NCBI GenBank assembly: GCA_963768835.1
Contig: CAVYJB010000002.1
Location: 362,466-426,465 of the forward strand
Length of the DNA stretch: 64,000 bases
Direction: 5' to 3'
DNA from: an uncultured bacterium
GTDB taxonomy: Bacteria > Patescibacteriota > Minisyncoccia > UBA6257 > GWB1-50-10
Shown here: piece after piece, positions 38,551 to 47,355 of the stretch
Layout: every line of letters begins with the position of its first letter
Numbering within the stretch: the first letter of the stretch is position 1
The notes under the pieces: generated by a model
Told to the model about the DNA's origin: nothing
What the model saw: only the letters and a program-made list of their open reading frames with translations
Database searches by the model: none
Translations under genes and position numbers: made by a program

Positions 38551-39450
38551 ATGAAACACTTCTTCAACGTCATCGGGTATCGGAATTACTTCCTCGGTTT
38601 TTCGGGGACCCTCGTCCTCGCGAGCATCGTGCTCATCATCGTGCTGGGGCTCCGGCCGGGCATCGATCTTACGGGTGGCACCGAGATCCAGGTGCGCATC
38701 GATTCCACAACCGTGGATGAGACCGCAATCGCCGCGGCGCTCCGCCCCGTGCAGGGGCTCGCGGTCGGCGTGACGAAGCAGGGGGACGGCACATTCCTGA
38801 TCCAGCTTCCGCACGTGACCGAGGATGAGCACCAGGCGTATCTCACGGCTCTCAAGCCCCTCGGGACCGTGGACGAGGTGAACTATTCCTCGATCGGCCC
38901 CACGGTGGGGACCGAGCTCCGCACGAAGGCGTTCTGGGCCATCGGCACTGTGCTCGTCGCCATCTCTCTTTACATCGCGTTCGCGTTCCGGAAAGTTTCC
39001 GTGCCGGTGAAGTCCTGGAAGTACGGTGTGGTGACACTCCTCACGCTTTTCCACGACGTTTCCATTCCGGCGGGGCTCATCGCCATCCTCGGGGCATGGA
39101 AGGGGATTCAGGTGGACACCAACTTCATCGTGGCGCTGCTCGTGGTGATGGGGTTCTCGGTCCACGACACTATCGTGGTGTTCGACCGCATCCGGGAGCA
39201 CCTTCTTCGGGGAAACCGTCGGCTGCCCTTGGACCAGGTGGTCAATGACAGCGTGAACGAGACCTTTGCCCGCTCCATCAATACCTCCCTCACCCTTTTC
39301 CTGGTGCTTCTCGCGCTGCTGTTGGTAGGCCCGGGGAGCCTGTTCTACTTCATCCTGACCATGCTCGTGGGGACCATCTTCGGGACCTATTCCTCCATCT
39401 TCGTGGCAAGCCCTCTCCTGTACCTGTGGGGGCGGGAAAAGCCCCGCTAG
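38551..39450 (+). CDS. secF: Protein translocase subunit SecF
   Basis: GIDLTGG, IGPTVG.EL, HDV, GFSVHDTIVVFDRIRE, GTYSSIFVASP. Confidence 0.95.
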   Translation: MKHFFNVIGYRNYFLGFSGTLVLASIVLIIVLGLRPGIDLTGGTEIQVRIDSTTVDETAIAAALRPVQGLAVGVTKQGDGTFLIQLPHVTEDEHQAYLTALKPLGTVDEVNYSSIGPTVGTELRTKAFWAIGTVLVAISLYIAFAFRKVSVPVKSWKYGVVTLLTLFHDVSIPAGLIAILGAWKGIQVDTNFIVALLVVMGFSVHDTIVVFDRIREHLLRGNRRLPLDQVVNDSVNETFARSINTSLTLFLVLLALLLVGPGSLFYFILTMLVGTIFGTYSSIFVASPLLYLWGREKPR

Positions 39451-39529
39451 GGGCTTGGCGGGGGAAGGGGTAGGGGGTCTGTGGACAAGGGCTTGACTTG
39501 AATCTGCTATATATGCTAAAGTATAAACC

Positions 39530-40549
39530 ATGGTAAAGAATCTAGACGCCTTCATCGAACACCTTTTCGAGGGTTTCTCCCCGAAGCAGCGGAAAGTCGT
39601 TACGTCCCGGTTCGGCCTGCGGACGGGGCATCGGGCGCCTCTCCAGGAGATCGGGGATGAGCTCGGTATCACGCGGGAGCGGGTCCGCCAGATCGAGGAA
39701 CAGAGCTTGAAGAAGCTCCGGAGCCGCATCCGCGAGGAGGCCGGTGATTTCCTCGAGGTGGTGGCTAAATATCTCGACACGATGGGAGGGATCCGTCGCG
39801 ACGAGACCTTCCTCATGGAGGTCCGGAAGAAATTCCCCGGCTTCGAGAAAGTGAAGCACGCGGATCAGAAGCTCCGGTTCCTGTTCCTCGCGGCCGAGAC
39901 GCCGTTCCACCACAAGGACACGGATGACGTCTACAGTTTTTGGTACACGAGTGACATCTCGAAGAAGCGTCTATTCGATTTCCTGAAGCAGATGCTCCAA
40001 GTGTTCCGCACCGCCAACAAGCAGGAGTTCTTGGAGAAGCGCGCGTACCTCGCGTACGCGAAGGACTTCGCCTCCTCGAACTTCCTTTCGGTCTCAAAGC
40101 ACATCGGCGTGAATATGTTCGGGGACATGGGACTCCGAGTCTGGCCCGAGATCGAGCCGAAGACCATTCGTGACAAGGCGTACCTCGTGCTCCGGAAGCA
40201 CGGGAAGCCCCTCCACTTCGAGGATGTTGCGAAGTACATCGCGCGGTACGGCATTGATCGCGAGGCCGCACACGTGCAGACGGTGCACAACGAACTTATC
40301 AAAGACCCTCGCTTCGTGCTGGTGGGCCGCGGTCTCTACGCGCTCCGCGAGCACGGCTATGAGCCGGGGACGGTGCGCGAGGTGATTGCGCGGCTTCTGA
40401 AGAAGGAAGGCCCAATGGGTGCGGATGAAGTGGTAAAGGAGGTCAACAAGCAGCGCATCCTGAAGCAGAACACCATTCTTCTTAGCCTTCAGAATCGCAA
40501 GTACTTCAAGCGCCTAGATGACGGGCGCTACCACGTCCGGGAAGCGTAG
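39530..40549 (+). CDS. Sigma70 region-4 HTH plus HARE-HTH DNA-binding protein
   Basis: RFGL...LQEIGDELGITRERVRQIE; L...GKPLHF.....HNELI...RFVLVGRG.YAL; leaderless after TTGACT-18-TAAAGT. Confidence 0.85.
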   Translation: MVKNLDAFIEHLFEGFSPKQRKVVTSRFGLRTGHRAPLQEIGDELGITRERVRQIEEQSLKKLRSRIREEAGDFLEVVAKYLDTMGGIRRDETFLMEVRKKFPGFEKVKHADQKLRFLFLAAETPFHHKDTDDVYSFWYTSDISKKRLFDFLKQMLQVFRTANKQEFLEKRAYLAYAKDFASSNFLSVSKHIGVNMFGDMGLRVWPEIEPKTIRDKAYLVLRKHGKPLHFEDVAKYIARYGIDREAAHVQTVHNELIKDPRFVLVGRGLYALREHGYEPGTVREVIARLLKKEGPMGADEVVKEVNKQRILKQNTILLSLQNRKYFKRLDDGRYHVREA

Positions 40550-40550
40550 G

Positions 40551-41960
40551 ATGCTCCAGCACATCATAGAGGAGATCACGGATTTCTTCGCCGAACTCTT
40601 CAAGAAAGAAGAGATATGGGTGATTCTTGCGATCGCGGGGATTGCGGGGGTCGTAGCCCGTGTCGTGATTGTGAACCCGGAGGGCCTTGTGGCCCGCCTT
40701 TTGCATATTGTCCTCGCCCTCTGGTGGCTCTGGCTCTTCGCGGTGCTTCTCTATCTCACGGAGCAGCTCTGGCTCCACTGGCGGCAGGAGCTTTTCAAGC
40801 GCGCCATTAAGTTTAGCGTCGTCGAGTTGCGCATGCCGCGGGAGGTCACGAAAAACCCCATTGCGATGGAGCAAGTTCTTCGATCCATCCACGCGCTCCG
40901 GAACTCGGCCGGCGACATCCGGGAAAAATACTGGGAGGGAGAGGTGACGGTCTGGTTCGCGCTCGAGATGGTGAGCTTCGGCGGGCAGGTGCATTTCTAC
41001 GTACGCTGCCAGTCGAGCCGGAAAAGCTTGGTGGAGGCCGCTTTCTTCTCCTATTACCCCGACGTGGAGATCGTGGATGTGGAGGACTACGTGAGCAAGC
41101 TTCCCAAGGATCTTGCCGAGATGCATGAGAAGGGTCTCGACGTGTGGGGGACCGAGATGCTCCTCGCGAAGGATCCTATCTATCCCATCAAGACCTACCC
41201 CAACTTCGAAAGCATGGAGGAGGACAAGCAGTATGACCCGATCTCGGCGTTCCTTGAGATTCTGGGGAAGCTGAAGCCGGAGGAGACGGTCTGCATCCAG
41301 ATTCTCATCGCCCCCGCCGGCCCCGACTGGGCGAAGCCGTGGGAGAAGAAGATCGTGGAGCTCCAGACCCCGAAGACGATGGTGATGGGGACGGGGGACG
41401 AGGCTCGCGACGTCGCCATGGCGCGCTCGCCTGGTCAGACCGACGTGCTGAAGGCTGTGGAGCAGAATGTCTCGAAACCCGCGTTCCTTACGCTTGTCCG
41501 CTTCCTTTATCTTTCCCCGGCGGCCACCTATTCCGACACCTTTGCACGGCGCGGCCTCACGGGTGCATTCAACCAGTACGCGGCCCTCAACCTGAATTCT
41601 TTTAAGCCGAACCGCATGGTGGCCACGCGTGCACAGATCTGGAACTGGCCGCACGCGTATCCGAAAGTCCGTGTGGATTACCGCAAGCAGCGGCTCCTGT
41701 GGAACTATCCCCGTCGGGAGGTCCCGCCGGAGGTGTGGCTTGGACGCCTTTTCACTTCCTATCCGATGAACTTCAACTTCGCTTCGCAGCGGTTCTTTAT
41801 GAACGTGGAAGGTATCGCGACTCTTTTCCATCCGCCGACGGCCGTGGTTCTTACGGCGCCTCACATCCAGCGCGTCGAGAGCAAAAAGGCGGGTCCGCCT
41901 GCGGGCCTCGCCATCTACGGTGAGGAAAAAGAGCTGGGACGGTTCAGCGATACAGACTGA
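40551..41960 (+). CDS. Conserved CPR membrane protein found next to VirD4-like ATPases
   Basis: Two TM helices; EL..P......P.AMEQ, WF.LE.VS.GG...FY, YPIKTY, EGIATLFH.P. Confidence 0.75.
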   Translation: MLQHIIEEITDFFAELFKKEEIWVILAIAGIAGVVARVVIVNPEGLVARLLHIVLALWWLWLFAVLLYLTEQLWLHWRQELFKRAIKFSVVELRMPREVTKNPIAMEQVLRSIHALRNSAGDIREKYWEGEVTVWFALEMVSFGGQVHFYVRCQSSRKSLVEAAFFSYYPDVEIVDVEDYVSKLPKDLAEMHEKGLDVWGTEMLLAKDPIYPIKTYPNFESMEEDKQYDPISAFLEILGKLKPEETVCIQILIAPAGPDWAKPWEKKIVELQTPKTMVMGTGDEARDVAMARSPGQTDVLKAVEQNVSKPAFLTLVRFLYLSPAATYSDTFARRGLTGAFNQYAALNLNSFKPNRMVATRAQIWNWPHAYPKVRVDYRKQRLLWNYPRREVPPEVWLGRLFTSYPMNFNFASQRFFMNVEGIATLFHPPTAVVLTAPHIQRVESKKAGPPAGLAIYGEEKELGRFSDTD

Positions 41961-41962
41961 CC

Positions 41963-42478
41963 ATGGATACCACGAGCACACTTGCGCTCAGCGACACCCT
42001 GCGGGGGCTCTTCGTAACCTTCCGCGCCATTTTCCTGGTCCTGGATATCGGGCTCTTGGCAACTTTCTGCGCGGTTTTTTACCGCGCGCTTGAGACGCGT
42101 CCTCGCTTCGTGTCTCCGAAAGCGAAGGTGCGTGCGAGGCCGAAGGTGGACAACAAAAAGATTCGGGATGAGTGGCACGCGCTTCTCGAGAAGGCGGACC
42201 TGAAGCCCCCAGAATCTTACGTTCTTGCGATTATCGAGGCGGACAAATTCGTAGATGGTCTTTTGAAGCAGCTGGGATTCCAGGGCGAGCACATGGCGGA
42301 CCGCCTCGAGCGCATCGGCGAGATCAATCCCAACCTCAGCACGCTCGATCGCGTGTGGCAGGCCCACCGCATCCGGAACGAGCTCGTGCACACACCCGAC
42401 TTCGAGGTCTCGCACACCGACGCGCACGAGGTCCTCAAGTCCTACGAGGCATTCCTTCGGGAGGCCGAGCTTCTGTAG
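41963..42478 (+). CDS. Hypothetical protein (TM plus HEPN-like R-x4-H helical domain)
   Basis: AIIEADK..D, G..MADRL, AH.IRNELVH. Confidence 0.7.
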   Translation: MDTTSTLALSDTLRGLFVTFRAIFLVLDIGLLATFCAVFYRALETRPRFVSPKAKVRARPKVDNKKIRDEWHALLEKADLKPPESYVLAIIEADKFVDGLLKQLGFQGEHMADRLERIGEINPNLSTLDRVWQAHRIRNELVHTPDFEVSHTDAHEVLKSYEAFLREAELL

Positions 42479-42580
42479 CGCCGCAAGCGCCGCCTGTCCC
42501 CCCCGTACCCGCGCACCGCGCGGGCTTTTTCTACCCCTTCTCCTACAACGATTTTCGTTGTTTAATGGAGGAAAGCTTCT

Positions 42581-44041
42581 ATGCCAGAATCCGGGAAGAT
42601 TCAGATTATTAAGTACGCGCCGCCGCCGCCGGAGCTCCCGGTCCTGGGGCGCGTGGACCCGGCGGAGGTCTCCTTCTTCGGGCGGACGAACTATGTCGCG
42701 GCGCTTGAGGAGAAGCGTTTCATCTTCGGCATGAAGCGCGTCGACCGCCGCCGCCACCTCTATATCATCGGGAAAAGCGGGGTGGGGAAGTCCAAGCTTC
42801 TCGAGCTCCTGATGCGCCAGGATATCGCCTATGGCCACGGCCTCTGTCTCATGGACCCGCACGGCGACGACATCGACGCCATCCTCGATTTCATCCCGGA
42901 GAACCGCATTGACGACGTGTGTCTCATCGACCCCTCCGACGCGGGGTATCCCATCTCTTTCAACCCGCTCGCGAACGTGGACCCCACGTTCAAGCACCAG
43001 CTGACCCAGGGGCTCATCGAGGTGATGGAGAAGCAGTTCGGCGCGAACTGGACGCCGCGGCTCGAGCACGTCTTCCGCTTCACCTGCCTCGCGCTCCTCG
43101 ACTACCCGCACGCCACCATGCGCGGGATGATTTCCATGCTCACGGACCGCAACTACCGGCAGAAGGTGGTCGAGTACATCGAGGACGACATGGTGAAGCG
43201 CTTCTGGGCGATTGAGTTCGCGGACTGGTCCGAGAAGTTCGACACGGACGCCATCATTCCTCTTGTGAACAAACTGGGGCAGTTCCTCTCGAACCCCATG
43301 CTCCGGAACATCTTCGGCCAGAAGGAGAACAAGGTGGACCTCAGGGACCTGATGGCCAAAAAGAAGATTCTTCTCATCAACCTGTCGAAAGGGAAGCTGG
43401 GGGAGGAAAACTCGAGCTTCTTCGGCTCGATGTTCATCACGAAGATCAAGCAAGCGGGGATGGAGCGTGCCTCGCTCCCGGAGGCGCAGCGGAACGATTT
43501 CTATCTCTACGTCGACGAGTTCCATAACCTCGTGACCGAAACGTTCGAGAACCTCCTCTCCGAGGCCCGGAAGTACGGTCTCTGCCTCACAATGGGGCAT
43601 CAGTACATGGGCCAGCTTATCCCTTCGGTCCAGGCGGCGGTCCTAGGGAACGTAGGATCCATCGTCATTTTCCGCGTGGGAGGGGAGGATGCGCGGTTCC
43701 TCGAGGCCGAGATGACCCCGATTTTCAAAGCGAAGGACATGATTAACCTGGGGATGCAGGAGTTTTATATCAAGATGACCATCAACGGCGAGACCCAGGA
43801 TCCCTTCTCGGCAGCTACCCTCAAGGTTTTGCCGCCGGGGTATCCATCGAACCGCGACCGCATCATCGAAGCTTCGCGTCAGAAGTACTCCATCTCGGCG
43901 GATGCGGCGAAGAAACTTATCGCAGAGGAAGAGGCGGGCATCTTCCGGAGCGCGCAGGAGAAGGCCGCCATCACGGGCGGGCGGTCGTCAGAGGGGGGTG
44001 CGGCAAAACCGGAGGACAAGAACCCCGAACCGCTCATCTGA
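42581..44041 (+). CDS. VirD4/TrwB/HerA-family ATPase (type IV coupling-protein-like)
   Basis: RRRHLYIIGKSGVGKS Walker A, DPHGD, FNPL, YLYVDEF Walker B, SEARKYGL, HQY. Confidence 0.9.
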   Translation: MPESGKIQIIKYAPPPPELPVLGRVDPAEVSFFGRTNYVAALEEKRFIFGMKRVDRRRHLYIIGKSGVGKSKLLELLMRQDIAYGHGLCLMDPHGDDIDAILDFIPENRIDDVCLIDPSDAGYPISFNPLANVDPTFKHQLTQGLIEVMEKQFGANWTPRLEHVFRFTCLALLDYPHATMRGMISMLTDRNYRQKVVEYIEDDMVKRFWAIEFADWSEKFDTDAIIPLVNKLGQFLSNPMLRNIFGQKENKVDLRDLMAKKKILLINLSKGKLGEENSSFFGSMFITKIKQAGMERASLPEAQRNDFYLYVDEFHNLVTETFENLLSEARKYGLCLTMGHQYMGQLIPSVQAAVLGNVGSIVIFRVGGEDARFLEAEMTPIFKAKDMINLGMQEFYIKMTINGETQDPFSAATLKVLPPGYPSNRDRIIEASRQKYSISADAAKKLIAEEEAGIFRSAQEKAAITGGRSSEGGAAKPEDKNPEPLI

Positions 44042-44084
44042 GAAATTATGCAACTACAAAGGCCGATACAAGATTATTCATCAC

Positions 44085-44390
44085 ATGGTCTTTGTTTATA
44101 CGACGTGCGGGAAGGAGGAGGAGGGGCGAAACCTGAGCAAGCTTGTCATCGGGAAGAAACTAGCTGCGTGCGTGCACATGTGGCCTATTGAATCGTGCTA
44201 CACCTGGGAAGGTACGATGAAGTGCGAGAAGGAATTCGTGGTCCAGCTCACGACTCTGGAGTCGAAACTGCAGCCGATTGAAGATCTCATTCTTTCGAAC
44301 CACACCTACTCGACACCCTTTGTGGGGGCCGTCGACATTCGTCGCATCAACCGCGAGTACAAGGAGTGGATGGCGCAGGTGATCGAGTAA
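44085..44390 (+). CDS. cutA: Divalent-cation tolerance protein CutA
   Basis: VYTT......LAACV, S.Y.WEG, H.Y.TP, Y.EW. Confidence 0.85.
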   Translation: MVFVYTTCGKEEEGRNLSKLVIGKKLAACVHMWPIESCYTWEGTMKCEKEFVVQLTTLESKLQPIEDLILSNHTYSTPFVGAVDIRRINREYKEWMAQVIE

Positions 44391-44452
44391 GGGGACACTA
44401 GACGTAGACCCCTAAGCCCTCTATCTTACAAAGGGTTTACCCAATATTTTAT

Positions 44453-46114
44453 ATGGCTGATTCTAAAACAACGATTTGTCAGAACTGTAAGCGGAACTTC
44501 GCCATCGAACCGGACGATTTTTCATTCTACGAGAAAATACAGGTGCCGCCGCCGACGTTCTGCTGGCTCTGCCGCGCCCAGCGGCGTTTGGCGTGGCGTA
44601 ATGAGCGCGCGCTTTATAAACGGAAGAGTAACGCAACCGGGAGAGAGATCTTTTCAGCATTTCCTCCGGAGGCGCCCCACACGGTCTACGAGAACGATAT
44701 CTGGTACTCGGATCAATGGGATGGTATCACCTATGGTCGTGATTATGATTTTTCGAGGCCGTTCTTTGAGCAATTCAATGATTTGCACATTCAAGTCCCA
44801 CAGTTTGCACTCTCAGTCGTTTCCCCGGTGAATAGTGACTACGGGAACAACCTGACTGACGCCAAAAACTGCTACCTTATTTTTAATTGCACTCATATGG
44901 AAGATTGCCTGTATGGGAATGGCACCGTTATGTCGAAAGAGTGCATTGATTTTTCCCATCTTTCCAAGTGTGAACTCTGTTACGAAAGTTTCTGGCTTAC
45001 GCGTTGCCAGCGGACATTCTTCTCGGATTGTTGCGAGGACTGTACAGACGTCTGGTTCTCGCGGGACCTTCGCAACTGCTCGAACTGTTTTGGGTGTGTG
45101 GGACTTCGGAATGCTTCCTATCAATGGTTCAACGAGGGTTTGCAAAAAGATGAGTACGGGCGGCGGTTTCGCGCGTTCCACTCCGGATCATACGCAGAGG
45201 TTGAAAGGCACCGCGCTCAAGCGCTTGATCGGTGGAGTCGCTTCCCGGTGAAGTACATCGAGGGGGCGAAAAATACGGATGTGAGCGGAAACTACATATT
45301 CAATTCGAAGAATGTTAAAAATTCTTTCCTGGTGCGGGAGGGGGAGAATATTAAATTCTCTCAATATCTGCAAGTTCCGCCCAACAAGGATTGCTATGAC
45401 CACAGCACATGGGGCGATGGTAATGAGCTGACGTATGAGGTGTGTCAGGCTGGGTTGGGGACCTACAACATTCGGTTCTGCGTTCTGACGTATCCGAACG
45501 TGAAGAATCTTGAATACTGCATTATGTGCCAATCCTCCTCCGATCTTTTTGGCTGTGTAGGATTACGGAAAAAGCAGTATTGCGTCCTGAACAAACAGTA
45601 TCCCAAAGAGGAGTACGAAGCGCTGGTGTCGAAAATTCGACAACATATGATGGAGGTGCCGTATACCGATCGGAAGGGTAGGGTGTATCGCTACGGCGAG
45701 TTTTTTCCCGTTGAGCAGTCGCCCTATCCCTATAACGAAACTCCAGCCCAGGATTATTTCACGCTCACGAAGGAGCAGGCGCTTGAGGTGGGGTTTGCGT
45801 GGCGCGACCAGCCAACCCGGGAGCGTATCCCGACAGAGACCGAGGCTACGCTTCCTGACGATATTGGCGAGGTTTCAGACGATATTCTGAGTGAAATTGT
45901 TGAATGTGCGCACCGTGGCAAATGCAATGACAACTGTACCGGTGCATTTCGTATTGTACCTGCCGAGCTCGCATTTCATCGGCGAATGAGGGTACCGCTC
46001 CCGCGGCTTTGCCCGAATTGTAGAACGCGCAGCCGACTCGGTGGGGGGACGCGGAAGGAAAAACTTAAGAATAAGGCCCCGCGAAAGCGGGGCCCGTGCT
46101 ATACTCAGAAGTGA
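44453..46114 (+). CDS. CPR-type Cys-rich repeat protein, paralog 2 (C-terminal Zn ribbon missing)
   Basis: Colinear with 10321..12087 up to LPRLCPNCR, then diverges. Confidence 0.85.
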   Translation: MADSKTTICQNCKRNFAIEPDDFSFYEKIQVPPPTFCWLCRAQRRLAWRNERALYKRKSNATGREIFSAFPPEAPHTVYENDIWYSDQWDGITYGRDYDFSRPFFEQFNDLHIQVPQFALSVVSPVNSDYGNNLTDAKNCYLIFNCTHMEDCLYGNGTVMSKECIDFSHLSKCELCYESFWLTRCQRTFFSDCCEDCTDVWFSRDLRNCSNCFGCVGLRNASYQWFNEGLQKDEYGRRFRAFHSGSYAEVERHRAQALDRWSRFPVKYIEGAKNTDVSGNYIFNSKNVKNSFLVREGENIKFSQYLQVPPNKDCYDHSTWGDGNELTYEVCQAGLGTYNIRFCVLTYPNVKNLEYCIMCQSSSDLFGCVGLRKKQYCVLNKQYPKEEYEALVSKIRQHMMEVPYTDRKGRVYRYGEFFPVEQSPYPYNETPAQDYFTLTKEQALEVGFAWRDQPTRERIPTETEATLPDDIGEVSDDILSEIVECAHRGKCNDNCTGAFRIVPAELAFHRRMRVPLPRLCPNCRTRSRLGGGTRKEKLKNKAPRKRGPCYTQK

Positions 46115-47313
46115 TGAAGCGACCGTCCGACATACTAAGCCGATGGCGGAAGGGGAGCGACGAGCGCGTGGTAGTGATCGAGGAACTGGACCGCGGCGTG
46201 GAGGTAACCGAGGCGCGCCTCAAGCCATCCGCAAAGACGCTCGACATCGTCTCCGTGCGTACATGCCCGACCCTGGCGGGGCTCGCGCGGGGGCGGACCC
46301 TCTCATTCTCCGACCGACTGATGGTCGCGGGCGGACCCCGCTCCGCGACGACCGTCGAGGGTGAAGCGGTGCTGCGCCGCGCGCATCCTCAGGAGCCGGT
46401 GGGGGAAGGCGAACTCGACAGTCTCCTCTTTCGCGCGCTCTGGGAACTCCTGAATCGCTATCGGGGCTGGGCCGCGAAAAAGATGGGTGTCACGGACCTT
46501 GATCTCGCGCTCGCGAATGTGGACATCGCGCAGGTGCGCCTCGGCACCCACCAAGCCTTCAACCCTCTGGGGCTCTCCGGAGCTTCCTTTGCAGTGAGGC
46601 TCCGCGTGACGCTCGTCCCGCGCGTCTTACTGCCAGTCTTCGAAAAACTGCAAAGCCGCACGCGCGAACTCGTGGTCCTTGAGGCCGGAGCGACCCTCGC
46701 GCGGATTCTCGGGGATAAACCCCATTTCACCGCGATTGTGGGCGAGGACCAGACCGTCGTTTTCGCGTCCTCAGAGAGCGACTCCACCTTTCAGGGTATC
46801 TATGCGTGGGGGAGTTCCGGGGCGGCACGGTCGCTCGGGGAGGAGCTCGCGATTAGTGAAAAGACCGCAGAAGATCTGGTCCGCCGAGCCCTTCGGGGGG
46901 AAGCTTCCGAACGATTCGAACGGCTGGTGGAGAAACACGCCCGCCAGGAATTCGATCGGTTTGAAGCCCTTCTAGAGCCTCTCTACGGTCGCTCCCGGCA
47001 TCCGAAACTCACAACCTTCTTCCACTTTCGACGGTCCCTGCCGCTTCTTATGGAACGCTTCAGTGAAGGGCATGCGCGCTTTTCAAATTACGGCGAGCGC
47101 CTGACGCTTTCGGGGGTGCGGCTCCACGTACCGCCGATGCTCCGGGAATCCTTCCCGGCCTATCGGCATACCACCCTTGCGCTCCTTCTCCAGCCTGCGG
47201 CCGTTCCCCAGTACGCGTTCCTCAATCAGCTTTTGAAACGGCGCGCGCGATGGCTTATCCCCGCGGCGCCGGCTACGACGCCCGGCGTCCCGCATCGGAC
47301 GGGGATGAACTGA
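46114..47313 (+). CDS. Highly diverged FtsA/actin-like protein
   Basis: Position before the baseplate-J-like gene; R......I..ELD.L..., NPLG..G and G.......L...L.IS...AE patterns; ATP-binding motifs degenerate. Confidence 0.5.
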   Translation: MKRPSDILSRWRKGSDERVVVIEELDRGVEVTEARLKPSAKTLDIVSVRTCPTLAGLARGRTLSFSDRLMVAGGPRSATTVEGEAVLRRAHPQEPVGEGELDSLLFRALWELLNRYRGWAAKKMGVTDLDLALANVDIAQVRLGTHQAFNPLGLSGASFAVRLRVTLVPRVLLPVFEKLQSRTRELVVLEAGATLARILGDKPHFTAIVGEDQTVVFASSESDSTFQGIYAWGSSGAARSLGEELAISEKTAEDLVRRALRGEASERFERLVEKHARQEFDRFEALLEPLYGRSRHPKLTTFFHFRRSLPLLMERFSEGHARFSNYGERLTLSGVRLHVPPMLRESFPAYRHTTLALLLQPAAVPQYAFLNQLLKRRARWLIPAAPATTPGVPHRTGMN

Positions 47314-47355
47314 GGGAGTATGCTACTATAGGAGAGAAGGGAATACCTGATTCGA

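Noticed and set aside
34740-43600. Long antisense ORFs (34740..36368, 38479..39816, 40506..41981, 41915..43600) and similar ones elsewhere
   Set aside because: Shadows of GC-rich sense genes with clear homology; no motifs or start signals.
10321-46114. Diversity-generating retroelement linking paralogous genes
   Set aside because: No reverse transcriptase, and no near-identical repeat pair differing only at adenines was seen.
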